Shown here: positions 35,743 to 46,207 of the stretch, one piece after another | How the letters are laid out: every line of letters starts with the position of its first letter | Numbering within the stretch: position 1 is the first letter of the stretch | Source: Bacillota bacterium | Lineage (GTDB): Bacteria > Bacillota > Proteinivoracia > UBA4975 > VEMY01 | DNA: 64,000 nt | Direction of reading: 5' to 3' | Assembly (NCBI GenBank): GCA_009711825.1 | Contig: VEMY01000021.1 | Span: 64,976-128,975 of the forward strand | Translations under genes and position numbers: made by a program | Notes under the pieces: model-generated | What the model was told of the DNA's origin: nothing | The model's database searches: none | The model's input: the letters and a program-made list of their open reading frames with translations, nothing else

Positions 35743-37347
35743 TTGCGAAAACTAAAAAAATACAAGCCTACCGTCTTTATGGCGGAGGGATCATATTACG
35801 ACAAGGACGCCGCCGATTACGCCGTATCTTTTATTCAAGCCCTCTCCCACACCAAAGGCTCCTGGGCGGGTAAGCCCTTTGAACTCATCGACTGGCAGGA
35901 GCAGATTGTCCGTGATGTGTTTGGTGTCCTCAAGCCCAACGGCTACCGCCAGTTTAACACGGCCTATGTGGAGATACCCAAGAAGATGGGAAAAAGCGAA
36001 CTGGCTGCAGCCATTGCCCTGCTTCTCACCTGTGGTGACGGTGAGGAACGGGCTGAGGTGTACGGCTGTGCTGCAGATCGCCAGCAGGCGTCCATCGTGT
36101 TTGAGGTGGCAGCTGACATGGTTCGCATGTGTCCGGCCTTATCACGGCGGGTTAAGCTGCTGGCTTCCACCAAGCGGCTGATATACCTGCCAACTAACAG
36201 CTTCTATCAGGTGCTGTCCGCTGAGGCTTACTCCAAGCACGGTTTCAACATCCACGGTGTGGTGTTTGATGAACTTCATACCCAGCCCAATCGCAAGCTG
36301 TTTGATGTCATGACCAAAGGATCAGGTGATGCAAGGAGACAGCCGCTGTACTTTCTCATTACCACAGCAGGCACAGACACACAGAGCATCTGCTATGAGA
36401 CACACCAAAAAGCCCTCGACATCATTGAGGGCAGAAAGTGTGACCCCACCTTCTATCCTGTGATATATGGTGCGAAGGAAGAGGATGACTGGACTGACCC
36501 CAAGGTGTGGAAGAAAGCAAATCCCAGCCTGGGGATCACGGTTGGTATCGACAAGGTAAAGGCCGCCTGTGAAAGTGCGAAGCAAAACCCGGCTGAGGAG
36601 AACAGCTTCCGGCAATTGCGCCTGAACCAGTGGGTCAAGCAAGCCGTCCGCTGGATGCCCATGGCGAAATGGGATGCCTGCGCATTTCCGGTAGAGGCAG
36701 CAAGCCTTGAGGGACGGGTTTGTTACGGTGGGTTAGACCTTTCTTCCACCACGGACATCACGGCATTTGTGCTGGTGTTTCCGCCGGAGGATGAAGCGGA
36801 CAAATACACTGTTCTCCCGTTCTTTTGGATGCCGGAGGATAACATTGACCTGCGCGTCCGGCGAGACCATGTACAGTACGACCTTTGGGAGAAGCAAGGA
36901 TATATACTGACCACCGAAGGGAATGTGGTACATTACGGCTTCATCGAGAAGTTCATTGAAAGCCTGGGTGAACGGTACAACATCCGCGAGATCGCCTTTG
37001 ACCGCTGGGGAGCGGTACAGATGGTGCAGAATCTGGAGGGTCTAGGCTTCACGGTGGTTCCCTTCGGTCAAGGCTTTAAGGATATGTCGCCGCCCACCAA
37101 GGAACTGATGAAGCTGACGCTGGAGGAGAAGCTTGCCCATGGCGGCCATCCGGTACTGCGGTGGATGATGGATAACATTTTCATTAAGACCGACCCGGCG
37201 GGTAATATCAAGCCGGATAAGGAGAAATCCACCGAGAGGATTGACGGCGCGGTGGCGACAATTATGGCACTTGACCGGGCGCTGCGAAATGGCAGTGGTC
37301 CCAGCGGCACTTCAGTCTATGATGAAAGGGGGCTATTGATTCTATGA
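35743..37347 (+). CDS. Terminase large subunit
   Basis: TTG at 35743 behind an AAGGAGG-N8 Shine-Dalgarno (alternative ATG at 35779). ATPase and nuclease domains. Directly followed by the portal gene. Confidence 0.85.
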   Translation: MRKLKKYKPTVFMAEGSYYDKDAADYAVSFIQALSHTKGSWAGKPFELIDWQEQIVRDVFGVLKPNGYRQFNTAYVEIPKKMGKSELAAAIALLLTCGDGEERAEVYGCAADRQQASIVFEVAADMVRMCPALSRRVKLLASTKRLIYLPTNSFYQVLSAEAYSKHGFNIHGVVFDELHTQPNRKLFDVMTKGSGDARRQPLYFLITTAGTDTQSICYETHQKALDIIEGRKCDPTFYPVIYGAKEEDDWTDPKVWKKANPSLGITVGIDKVKAACESAKQNPAEENSFRQLRLNQWVKQAVRWMPMAKWDACAFPVEAASLEGRVCYGGLDLSSTTDITAFVLVFPPEDEADKYTVLPFFWMPEDNIDLRVRRDHVQYDLWEKQGYILTTEGNVVHYGFIEKFIESLGERYNIREIAFDRWGAVQMVQNLEGLGFTVVPFGQGFKDMSPPTKELMKLTLEEKLAHGGHPVLRWMMDNIFIKTDPAGNIKPDKEKSTERIDGAVATIMALDRALRNGSGPSGTSVYDERGLLIL

Positions 37348-38597
37348 GTATATTTTCCCGACTGTTCCGCACAAGAGATAAGCCACAAAACCATGTGGGC
37401 AGCGGGTTTTCATTTCTGTTCGGCAGTACTACCAGTGGCAAGACTGTCAACGAGCGAACGGCCATGCAGACCACGGCGGTGTATGCCTGTGTGAGAATAT
37501 TGGCTGAAGCCATTGCAGGGCTTCCCCTGCACATATACCGCTATCGCTTGGACGGAGGTAAGGAGCGCATAAGCCAGCACCCGCTGTACTACCTCCTCCA
37601 TAACGAACCCAACCCAGAGATGACTTCATTTGTGTTCCGAGAGACACTGATGAGTCATCTTTTACTTTGGGGTAATGCCTATGCGCAGGTTATCCGGGAC
37701 GGGCTAGGGAGGGTGCTGGGGCTATACCCTCTTCTCCCTAACAAAATGGATGTTCACCGCTCTGCAAGCGGTGAACTGGTCTACACCTATTACCGTGACG
37801 TGGATGAAAGCGGACTAAAACCAAAAGGTGGCTATATCACCCTGCGGCGTGATGAAGTCCTGCATATACCCGGCTTGGGCTTTGACGGACTGGTCGGCTA
37901 CTCGCCCATTGCCATGGCCAAAAATGCTATCGGCATGGCGATGGCAACGGAGGAATACGGCGCGTCCTTTTTTGCCAACGGAGCCAATCCGGGAGGGGTG
38001 CTGGAGCATCCTGGCGTGGTCAAAGACCCGAAACGGGTGCGGGAAAGCTGGAACACTGTGTATCAGGGCAGTGCCAACGCCCATCGCATTGCAGTGCTGG
38101 AGGAGGGCATGAAGTTTCATCAGATTGGCATCCCACCAGAGGAAGCACAGTTTTTACAGACCCGTAAATTCCAGATCAACGAGATCGCCCGCATTTTCAG
38201 GGTACCGCCCCACATGGTGGGGGATTTGGAGAAGTCGAGCTTTTCAAACATTGAGCAACAAAGCCTTGAGTTTGTAAAATACACCCTCGACCCGTGGGTG
38301 GTGCGTTGGGAGCAGGCTTTACAGCAGTCTCTTCTCCTGCCATCTGAAAAGCCCAGATATTTTGTGAAGTTCAATGTGGACGGGCTGCTTCGAGGTGATT
38401 ACCAAAGCCGTATGTCCGGTTACGCTACGGCGCGCCAGAATGGTTGGATGAGTGCCAACGACATCCGTGAACTGGAGGACATGAACCGCATTCCCGCCGA
38501 GGAAGGCGGCGATTTGTATCTGGTCAACGGCAATATGACCAAGCTGGCTGACGCAGGTGTGTTTGCCAATAATCAAGCAAAGGAGGTCAGTAAATGA
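37344..38597 (+). CDS. Portal protein (HK97 family)
   Basis: 417 aa, between terL and the prohead protease. Confidence 0.85.
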   Translation: MSIFSRLFRTRDKPQNHVGSGFSFLFGSTTSGKTVNERTAMQTTAVYACVRILAEAIAGLPLHIYRYRLDGGKERISQHPLYYLLHNEPNPEMTSFVFRETLMSHLLLWGNAYAQVIRDGLGRVLGLYPLLPNKMDVHRSASGELVYTYYRDVDESGLKPKGGYITLRRDEVLHIPGLGFDGLVGYSPIAMAKNAIGMAMATEEYGASFFANGANPGGVLEHPGVVKDPKRVRESWNTVYQGSANAHRIAVLEEGMKFHQIGIPPEEAQFLQTRKFQINEIARIFRVPPHMVGDLEKSSFSNIEQQSLEFVKYTLDPWVVRWEQALQQSLLLPSEKPRYFVKFNVDGLLRGDYQSRMSGYATARQNGWMSANDIRELEDMNRIPAEEGGDLYLVNGNMTKLADAGVFANNQAKEVSK

Positions 38598-39283
38598 GGA
38601 AATTCTGGAACTGGGTGCGGGATTCGGATGATGAACGCACCCTTTATCTTAACGGTCCAATCGCAGAGGAAACCTGGTGGGGCGACGAGGTTACGCCCAA
38701 ATTATTTAAGGATGAGCTGCTGTCTGCTTCCGGCGACATTACAGTGTGGATTAACTCTCCCGGAGGCGATGTATTTGCAGCGGCACAGATTTATAACATG
38801 CTCATGGATTATGCCGGAAAGGTAACAGTCAAGATTGACGGTCTGGCTGCAAGCGCTGCTTCGGTCATTGCCATGGCTGGCGGTGATGTATATATGTCTC
38901 CTGTGAGTATGCTGATGATCCACAATCCATCAACCATAGCCATCGGCGACAGCGAGGAGATGCTCCGGGCAAAAGCGCTGCTGGATGAGGTCAAGGAAAG
39001 CATCATCAACGCCTATGAACTGAAATCAGGGCTTTCCCGTATCAGGCTCTCCCACCTTATGGACGCGGAGACATGGATGAACGCCAAAAAGGCTGTGGAG
39101 CTGGGCTTTGCCGACAAAATTATGTTTGCGGCCAGTGAGGAACCGCAAGATACAGGGCAAGGCCTGATATTCAGCCGCCTGGCGGTCACCAACTCCCTGC
39201 TTGGGAAAATCCCCAAGCCCAAACCGAAAACGGGTACCCCCATTGAGTCGCTGGATAAGCGGCTCTCTTTAATTTCCCACTAA
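38594..39283 (+). CDS. Prohead protease (ClpP/S14-like)
   Basis: INSPGGDVFAA...GLAASAASVIAMAG. Confidence 0.85.
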   Translation: MRKFWNWVRDSDDERTLYLNGPIAEETWWGDEVTPKLFKDELLSASGDITVWINSPGGDVFAAAQIYNMLMDYAGKVTVKIDGLAASAASVIAMAGGDVYMSPVSMLMIHNPSTIAIGDSEEMLRAKALLDEVKESIINAYELKSGLSRIRLSHLMDAETWMNAKKAVELGFADKIMFAASEEPQDTGQGLIFSRLAVTNSLLGKIPKPKPKTGTPIESLDKRLSLISH

Positions 39284-39304
39284 AATTTTAAGGAGGAAAC
39301 GACA

Positions 39305-40498
39305 ATGAGTAAAATCTTAGAACTGCGTGAAAAGCGCGCAAGGGCATGGGAAGCGGCCAAGGCATTCCTGGATACCAAGCGGGGCGGCGACGGGCTATTA
39401 TCCGCCGAGGACACCGCAACTTACGAAAAGATGGAAGCCGATGTAGTGGCATTGGGTAAGGAGATTGACCGGCTGGAGCGACAGGCCGCCCTGGACTTGG
39501 AACTTTCCAAGCCCACCAACACCCCTATTACCAACAAGCCTTCTTCAAGTGACGAGGTCAAAACCGGAAGGGCTGCCGCCGAGTATAAGCGTGCCTTCTG
39601 GAATGCCATGCGCGGTAAGCGTACTGCAGATATACAAAACGCACTGCAGGTTGGCGAGGATACGGAAGGCGGCTATCTGGTACCTGATGAGTTTGAACGC
39701 ACCCTTGTGGAAGCGCTGGAGGAGGAAAACATTTTCCGGCAGCTGGCCAATGTCATTACCACTTCCAGCGGGGACAGGAAGATTCCTGTAGTAGCATCCA
39801 AAGGAACCGCCTCATGGGTAGATGAGGGAGGGCAGATTCCTGAAAGCGACGACAGCTTCGGTCAGGTATCCATCGGAGCATTCAAGCTGGCCACTATGAT
39901 TAAGGTCAGCGAGGAGCTTCTTAACGACAGCGTGTTTAATCTGGAGAGATATATCGCCAGGGAGTTTGCCCGTCGTATTGGTGCCAAAGAAGAGGAAGCC
40001 TTCTTTGTGGGCGACGGCTCAGGGAAACCCACCGGCATCCTGGCCGCAACAGGCGGTGGGCAGATCGGTGTTACAACGGCTGGTTCGACAGCGATCACGC
40101 TGGACGAAATGCTGGATTTGTTCTACAGCCTTAAGTCACCTTACCGCAAGCGTGCATCCTTCGTTATGAATGACGCGACGGTCAAGGCCATCCGCAAGCT
40201 TAAGGACAGCACCGGCCAGTACCTGTGGCAGCCGTCCATCAAGGAGGCAACGCCCGACACCATCCTCAACCGCCCGCTGTATACCTCGGCATATATGCCT
40301 TCCATTGAGGCAGGAGCAAAAACCGTGGTGTTCGGCGATTTCGGCTATTATTGGGTGGCTGACCGTCAGGGCCGTGTCTTCAAGCGACTGAACGAATTGT
40401 TCGCCGCAACGGGTCAGGTAGGCTTTATCGCTACCCAGCGCGTGGATGGCAAGCTTGTGCTGCCAGAGGCAATCAAGGTGCTGCAGCAGAAAGAATAA
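39305..40498 (+). CDS. Major capsid protein (HK97 fold, with N-terminal delta/scaffold region)
   Basis: 397 aa. Coiled-coil N-terminus. Follows the protease. Confidence 0.85.
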   Translation: MSKILELREKRARAWEAAKAFLDTKRGGDGLLSAEDTATYEKMEADVVALGKEIDRLERQAALDLELSKPTNTPITNKPSSSDEVKTGRAAAEYKRAFWNAMRGKRTADIQNALQVGEDTEGGYLVPDEFERTLVEALEEENIFRQLANVITTSSGDRKIPVVASKGTASWVDEGGQIPESDDSFGQVSIGAFKLATMIKVSEELLNDSVFNLERYIAREFARRIGAKEEEAFFVGDGSGKPTGILAATGGGQIGVTTAGSTAITLDEMLDLFYSLKSPYRKRASFVMNDATVKAIRKLKDSTGQYLWQPSIKEATPDTILNRPLYTSAYMPSIEAGAKTVVFGDFGYYWVADRQGRVFKRLNELFAATGQVGFIATQRVDGKLVLPEAIKVLQQKE

Positions 40499-40514
40499 GA
40501 AAGGCTGGTGCGGC

Positions 40515-40826
40515 ATGATGGATCTGTTTGAAAAGGTCAAGGCAAACCTCATATTACAGCACAGTGAGGATGATGCCCTATTACAGGAGTACATTTCTGC
40601 TGCTGTGAACTATGCGGAGAGCTATCAGAAAAAGCCGGAGGGCTATTACACCGACAACCCCATGCCGCCCACCACAGAGCAAGCCGTCGTTATGCTGTCG
40701 TCCCATTTCTATGAAAGCCGGGACGGCAGCACCGGCGGCTTTTTTGCCGATAATGTGCAGGCCGGGCAGCAGGTGTGGAATACGGTAAACCTGCTTCTGC
40801 GGCTGGACCGGGATTGGAAGGTGTGA
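40515..40826 (+). CDS. Head-tail connector (gp6-like)
   Basis: ATG at 40515. About 103 aa. Position and size fit a gp6-like connector. Confidence 0.55.
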   Translation: MMDLFEKVKANLILQHSEDDALLQEYISAAVNYAESYQKKPEGYYTDNPMPPTTEQAVVMLSSHFYESRDGSTGGFFADNVQAGQQVWNTVNLLLRLDRDWKV

Positions 40827-40829
40827 TAC

Positions 40830-41171
40830 ATGAGCTTTGGGAAAATGAACACCTTTGTAGACATTGTTACGACGGAGCCGGTTAAAGACAGCGAGGGCTT
40901 TTCGACAAGAAGCGACACTGTACTGGCAAGCGTCCGCGCATATAAAGAAGACCGGCACGGTAATGAAAAATGGGCCAACAGAGCGGCCTTTTCAAAAGCG
41001 TCTGCCCTGTTTCGCTTTCGCAGGATACCCGGCCTTGAAATCACAACCTCCCTTGTGTTGGTTTGCCCAGACGGCAGGTACAACATCATCAGCGTGGAGG
41101 ACGTGAAAGGACGCGGCATGTATATTGAGGTGCTGGCAGAGAAGGAGGTGCAGGCCAGTGGCAAAGGCTGA
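40830..41171 (+). CDS. Head closure / head-tail adaptor protein
   Basis: 113 aa, assigned by position. Confidence 0.55.
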   Translation: MSFGKMNTFVDIVTTEPVKDSEGFSTRSDTVLASVRAYKEDRHGNEKWANRAAFSKASALFRFRRIPGLEITTSLVLVCPDGRYNIISVEDVKGRGMYIEVLAEKEVQASGKG

Positions 41172-41178
41172 CGTAAAA

Positions 41179-41589
41179 ATGCCGGAGGAATTTCTCTTGA
41201 AAATATCCCGGCTGGGAGAGAAGACTGACGAGATCATCCCAAGGGTACTGGAAGCTGGTGGTCAGGTTGTGCTGGACAAAGTGAAGTCTAATCTGCAATC
41301 GGTTATCGGCAGCGGCACTAAATATCCGTCCCGTTCCACCGGTGAACTATCGGATGCTTTAGGGCTTACCCCAGCCAAGCAAGACAGAAAGGGCAATTAC
41401 AACATCAAGATCGGCTTTTCTGAACCCCGGCGGGATGGTAAGAGCAACGCCAAGCTTGCCAATATCATCGAATATGGCAAAAGCGGCCAGCCAGCAAAGC
41501 CGTTTCTGAAACCGGCAAAATCCTCAAGCAGAAAGCGGTGTGTGGAGACGATGAAGGCCAAGCTGGATGAGGAGATGAATCATCTATGA
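41179..41589 (+). CDS. HK97 gp10-like tail-attachment protein
   Basis: About 137 aa. The alternative GTG start at 41158 is not resolved. Confidence 0.5.
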   Translation: MPEEFLLKISRLGEKTDEIIPRVLEAGGQVVLDKVKSNLQSVIGSGTKYPSRSTGELSDALGLTPAKQDRKGNYNIKIGFSEPRRDGKSNAKLANIIEYGKSGQPAKPFLKPAKSSSRKRCVETMKAKLDEEMNHL

Positions 41590-41930
41590 GCATTTTACAA
41601 GAACTCAACCAGGCCTTATCGGCTGTAGGCATCCCCATTGAGACAGGAGTGTTTAGCGGTGTGCCCCCTGATGAGTATCTCGTTATCACCCCGATGGCGG
41701 ATATCTTTGAGGTCTTTGCCGACAACCGACCCCAGGCGGAAACCCAGGAGGTTAGGTTGTCTTTGTTTGTCAAGGGCAATTATTTGACCCGTAAAAACCA
41801 GCTGGTAAAAGCATTGCTGTCTGCGGGCTTTACCATTACCGACCGCCGGTATATCGGACATGAGGACGATACCGGTTATCACCATTACGCCATTGATGTG
41901 GCGAAAGAGTATGAATTTAAGGAGGAATGA
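41586..41930 (+). CDS. Tail completion / terminator-like protein
   Basis: 114 aa, immediately before the major tail gene. Confidence 0.45.
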   Translation: MSILQELNQALSAVGIPIETGVFSGVPPDEYLVITPMADIFEVFADNRPQAETQEVRLSLFVKGNYLTRKNQLVKALLSAGFTITDRRYIGHEDDTGYHHYAIDVAKEYEFKEE

Positions 41931-41933
41931 GTT

Positions 41934-42533
41934 ATGGCGACGATAGGCCTTGACAGGCTTTACTATGCCAAAATCACTGAAGATACAAACGGCAATGAGA
42001 CTTATGCCGATCCAATACCGCTGGCCAAGGCGATGACCGCAGAGCTTTCGGTGGAACTGGCCGAAGCGACCCTCTATGCCGACGACGGTGCAGCGGAGGT
42101 GGTTAAGGAGTTTCAATCCGGCACACTCTCATTGGGTGTTGACGACATCGGAGTCAAAGCCGCCGAAGATTTGACAGGTGCCAGGATCGACGACAACAAG
42201 GTACTGATCTCCTCCAGCGAGGACGGCGGCAAACCTGTGGCCATCGGCTTTCGGGCGAAAAAGGCCAACGGCAAGTACCGATACTTCTGGTTATACCGGG
42301 TCAAGTTCGGTATCCCGGCAACAAACCTGCAAACCAAGGGCGAGAGCATCACCTTTTCCACACCTACCATTGAGGGAACAGTTATGCGCCGCAATAAGCT
42401 GGACGGGCAGGGAAATCATCCGTGGAAGGCGGAGGTCAGCGAGGATGACTTAGGTGTTGAACCTGAGATTATCACCGGTTGGTATGAAGCGGTGTATGAG
42501 CCGGTCTTTGCAACGGGAGGAGGCGGTGAATGA
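41934..42533 (+). CDS. Major tail protein
   Basis: 199 aa, upstream of the chaperone pair and the tape measure gene. Confidence 0.65.
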   Translation: MATIGLDRLYYAKITEDTNGNETYADPIPLAKAMTAELSVELAEATLYADDGAAEVVKEFQSGTLSLGVDDIGVKAAEDLTGARIDDNKVLISSSEDGGKPVAIGFRAKKANGKYRYFWLYRVKFGIPATNLQTKGESITFSTPTIEGTVMRRNKLDGQGNHPWKAEVSEDDLGVEPEIITGWYEAVYEPVFATGGGGE

Positions 42534-42922
42534 TGGCGAACGAGGATAGAAGTGCCACCATCAACATCGGCGGCGAGGAGTATCAGCTGATTCTCACCAC
42601 CAAAGCAACCAAGGAAATCGCCGGACGCTACGGCGGACTTGAAAACCTGGGTGCCAAGCTGATGAAATCAGAGAACTTTGAAATGGCCCTGGATGAAGTG
42701 GTGTGGCTGATTACGCTGCTGGCGAACCAGAGCCTTTTGATTCACAACCTGAAGAACAAGGATGACCAGCGGGAGCTTTTGACTGCGGAAGCGGTGGAAC
42801 TCCTGACTTCCCCTCTGGAACTGGCGGCGTATAAAAACGCCATCATGGAGGCTATGGTCAGGGGGACCAAGCGGAATGTGCAAAGCGAGGATGAACCTTC
42901 AAAAAACGCCCAGGTCGAGTGA
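42530..42922 (+). CDS. Tail assembly chaperone
   Basis: 130 aa. Acidic. Immediately before the tape measure gene. Confidence 0.5.
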   Translation: MMANEDRSATINIGGEEYQLILTTKATKEIAGRYGGLENLGAKLMKSENFEMALDEVVWLITLLANQSLLIHNLKNKDDQRELLTAEAVELLTSPLELAAYKNAIMEAMVRGTKRNVQSEDEPSKNAQVE

Positions 42923-43110
42923 GTGATGATGAATTGTTCACTCGGCTTTTGTATTACGGCACAGTCCAGCTTGGACACAGTGAGGATGAAGCGTGGCTTA
43001 TGCCCCTTGGCCTATTAATGGACTTGTGGGAGTGCCACAAGCAGTTCTTAGGGCTTTCAAAGCCCAAACGGGAACTGACCATCGATGATGTAATCCCCTA
43101 TGGGATTTAA
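42919..43110 (+). CDS. Small ORF overlapping the chaperone stop (possible frameshift extension, G-T-like)
   Basis: 63 aa. Starts within GTGAGTGATGATGA at the stop of the preceding gene. Confidence 0.35.
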   Translation: MSDDELFTRLLYYGTVQLGHSEDEAWLMPLGLLMDLWECHKQFLGLSKPKRELTIDDVIPYGI

Positions 43111-43138
43111 GTATCTTTTGGGAAAGGAGGCGGCATAA

Positions 43139-45421
43139 ATGGCAGATAATTTTGGCCTCAAAATTGGCGTTGAGGGCGAGCGTGAATTTAAGAACGCCCT
43201 GCGGGACATCAATCAGTCCTTTAAGGTTCTGGGGAGCGAAATGAAGCTGGTATCCTCGCAGTTTGACAAGCAGGATAAATCGGTGCAGGCAATTACTGCC
43301 CGCAATCAGGTGCTCAATAAAGAAATCGACGCCCAGAAAAACAAGATATCCACCCTTGAAAAAGCTCTGGCCAATGCCGCCGCCTCCTTCGGTGAGAATG
43401 ATAAGCGCACACAAGCCTGGCAGATCCAGTTAAACAATGCCAAAGCCGAATTAAACGGCATGGAACGTGAACTTGACCAGAACAATAAGGCGCTGGATGA
43501 GGCTGCCGAGGGTTTTGACGAGGCTGAAAAGCAAACCAGAGAATTTGGGGAAGAATTGGACGATACGGCGGATACAGCCGATGATGCCGGTGGGAAATTC
43601 GAGAAACTGGGTGCCATCGTTAAGGGTATCGGTATTGCGGTAGGCGCGGCTATGGCAGCAATTGGTGCCGCCACGGCGGCTGCGGGCAAAGCACTGTACA
43701 ATATGGCTACCGATGCCGCAGCAGCAGGCGATCGAATTGATAAAGTAAGCCAGAGTGTCGGCTTGTCTACCAAAGGCTTTCAGGAGTGGGATTACGTCCT
43801 TTCCCAAAACGGCGCGGATATCGAATCCCTAAAGACCGGACTAAACGGCTTAAATAATACGGTGGACGACGTTATTAACGGCAACGAAGCCGCTGCCCGA
43901 AAGTTTGAGCGCCTTGGCATTTCCATAGATGACCTAAGAGGCAAAAGCCGTGAAGAAATCTTCAATATGACCATTGCCGGTCTGCAGGGCGTGTCGGACG
44001 AGAGCGAAAAGGCGGCTATTGCCAGTGACCTGCTGGGAAAATCAGCAGTAGGCCTTGCGCCGCTTTTAAATCAGACTGTCGAAAGCACCGAGGCCCTCAA
44101 ACAGAAAGCCAACGAACTTGGTATGGTCATGTCGGATGATGCAATCGCTGCTTCAGTGGCTTTCACCGATTCCTTGGATACCCTCAAACGCACCTTTGGC
44201 GGAATAAGAAATGCTATCGGAGCGCAGCTTCTTCCGGGGCTGACCATGATTACCGATGGATTTACGGGACTTCTTACGGGACAGGAGGACGCAGGGCAAA
44301 AACTCAAGGAAGGTGCGGAGGAAATCGTCAGGAATATTACCGAGCTAATCCCGAGGGTGCTTGGTATTGTCAGTTCCATCGTCTCAGCCCTGGCCCAGGT
44401 AGCACCCGACATTATTAAAGCGCTGGTAGTCGGGATCGTGGATAATCTGCCCACGATCATTGACGCTGCGGTCAGCATCGTGCAAACACTGCTGGGAGGT
44501 GTGATTGATGCGCTGCCGCAGCTCACCCAGGGTGCATTATACCTGGTGCTTGCCCTATTGGATGGCATTATCGCAAATCTGCCTGCCCTGGTGGAAGGTG
44601 CTTTGTTAATCATCGTCACCTTGGCCGAGGGAATCGCGGACGCTTTGCCAGAGTTGATTCCGGCTATAGTGGAAGCAATAATTCTCATCGTTGAAGTGCT
44701 TTTAAACAACATGGATAAAATTCTCGATGCGGCGTTTAGAATTATAGAGGGCTTGGCGCAAGGATTGTTAAATGCGCTGCCCAGACTCATTGAGGCGCTG
44801 CCAAGGATCATATCGTCCATCATTAACTTTATAACCAACAACCTGCCAAAAATCATCGAGCTGGGCTTATCCCTCATCGTACAGCTGGCAATTGGCTTAA
44901 TAAAGGCTATTCCTGAACTCATTAAGGCTCTGCCCCAGATCATTGCCGCTATTATTACGGGGCTTGGGAAAGCGGTCGGTTCGGTGTTTGAGATCGGCAA
45001 GAACATCGTCACCGGTTTGTGGAACGGCATCAAGAGCATGATCACATGGATCAAGGATAAGATCAGCGACTTTGTGGGCGGTATCGTCAGTGGTGTAAAG
45101 GGGCTCCTCGGTATTAAATCCCCCTCTACCGTGTTTGCAGGTATTGGTGATGATATGGCACAGGGTATCGGCGTGGGCTTCGACAAGGCTATGGACAAGG
45201 TTGCCAAGGATATGCAGGACGCCGTTCCAACCAGCTTTGATGTGAATTCCAGTGTGGACGTGAACGGCAGCGGTGGGATTGCCGGTTTCGGAAATAACCC
45301 GCTGGTGGTCGTCCAGCAGATGATTGTGCGCAGCGAGGACGACATCCGCAGGATTTCACAGGAATTGTACAACCTGATGCAGACCGGCTCAAGGGCGCAA
45401 GGCCGCTTTAGTCCGGCGTAA
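43139..45421 (+). CDS. Tape measure protein
   Basis: 760 aa. N-terminal coiled coil followed by a hydrophobic Ala/Gly/Ile/Leu-rich repeat region. Confidence 0.85.
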   Translation: MADNFGLKIGVEGEREFKNALRDINQSFKVLGSEMKLVSSQFDKQDKSVQAITARNQVLNKEIDAQKNKISTLEKALANAAASFGENDKRTQAWQIQLNNAKAELNGMERELDQNNKALDEAAEGFDEAEKQTREFGEELDDTADTADDAGGKFEKLGAIVKGIGIAVGAAMAAIGAATAAAGKALYNMATDAAAAGDRIDKVSQSVGLSTKGFQEWDYVLSQNGADIESLKTGLNGLNNTVDDVINGNEAAARKFERLGISIDDLRGKSREEIFNMTIAGLQGVSDESEKAAIASDLLGKSAVGLAPLLNQTVESTEALKQKANELGMVMSDDAIAASVAFTDSLDTLKRTFGGIRNAIGAQLLPGLTMITDGFTGLLTGQEDAGQKLKEGAEEIVRNITELIPRVLGIVSSIVSALAQVAPDIIKALVVGIVDNLPTIIDAAVSIVQTLLGGVIDALPQLTQGALYLVLALLDGIIANLPALVEGALLIIVTLAEGIADALPELIPAIVEAIILIVEVLLNNMDKILDAAFRIIEGLAQGLLNALPRLIEALPRIISSIINFITNNLPKIIELGLSLIVQLAIGLIKAIPELIKALPQIIAAIITGLGKAVGSVFEIGKNIVTGLWNGIKSMITWIKDKISDFVGGIVSGVKGLLGIKSPSTVFAGIGDDMAQGIGVGFDKAMDKVAKDMQDAVPTSFDVNSSVDVNGSGGIAGFGNNPLVVVQQMIVRSEDDIRRISQELYNLMQTGSRAQGRFSPA

Positions 45422-45433
45422 GGAGGGAGATAA

Positions 45434-46207
45434 ATGGGCTTTATCTATGGCGGCATATCGTCGCAAAGCATGAAAATCAAGGCGCGTCTGACCAATTGGC
45501 AGACCTCTCCCTCTCTGCGCAATGCCTTTGTTACCGTGCCCGGCAAATCAGGCGTGGCCGATTTTGGCTGCGATATTGCAGAGCGGATCATAACGGTGCG
45601 CTGCAGCGTGTATCCCCAGCGCAATTTTACCGAGCTTGTGGCTGTACTGGACAGTATGGCTGAATGGCTTAACCCGGTTAAGGGCTTAAAACAGCTTGTG
45701 CTGGACGATGTACCTGAACGATATTTCATGGCACGGCTCTCTGAGTCCGTGGATTGTGAAAGGGTTCTGCGCTCGGCTGGTTCCTTTGACCTGCGCTTCG
45801 TTTGTCCCGACCCTTATGCCTATGCACTGGATGACGAGATTTTCACCATTTCCACAGAAGGCGGTCATGTCATTGAACGGCAAGTAGGCAATGCCAATTC
45901 AGAACCGGTGTATTTTTTTAAGGGTGTGGTCACCTCATCCTCTTCCAGCTATATCGACCTTATTACCAACGGCGAGGAACTGCGGGTTGTCGGCCCGCTG
46001 GCTGAGGGCGAGACCCTTGTCATTGATACTGGCTTGGTGACAGCCAAAGTGACGGATGCTGGCGGAAACACCCTGCGGAACGGCTTGCCGTGTTTGCAGG
46101 AACTGAACTTTCCTATCTTACGCAAAGGGATTAACAATATTGAAATAACCGTTGGGGATGCAACGTTCACGGAACTTAAAATACAGGCACAGAGCCGCTG
46201 GAGGTGA
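45434..46207 (+). CDS. Distal tail protein (Dit)
   Basis: 257 aa, directly after the tape measure gene. Confidence 0.7.
   Translation: MGFIYGGISSQSMKIKARLTNWQTSPSLRNAFVTVPGKSGVADFGCDIAERIITVRCSVYPQRNFTELVAVLDSMAEWLNPVKGLKQLVLDDVPERYFMARLSESVDCERVLRSAGSFDLRFVCPDPYAYALDDEIFTISTEGGHVIERQVGNANSEPVYFFKGVVTSSSSSYIDLITNGEELRVVGPLAEGETLVIDTGLVTAKVTDAGGNTLRNGLPCLQELNFPILRKGINNIEITVGDATFTELKIQAQSRWR

Noticed and set aside
44071-45372. 433-aa minus-strand ORF
   Set aside because: Antisense to the tape measure gene. It is an artefact of the Ala/Gly/Ile-rich repetitive coding region (low-complexity Ser/Pro/Ile translation).
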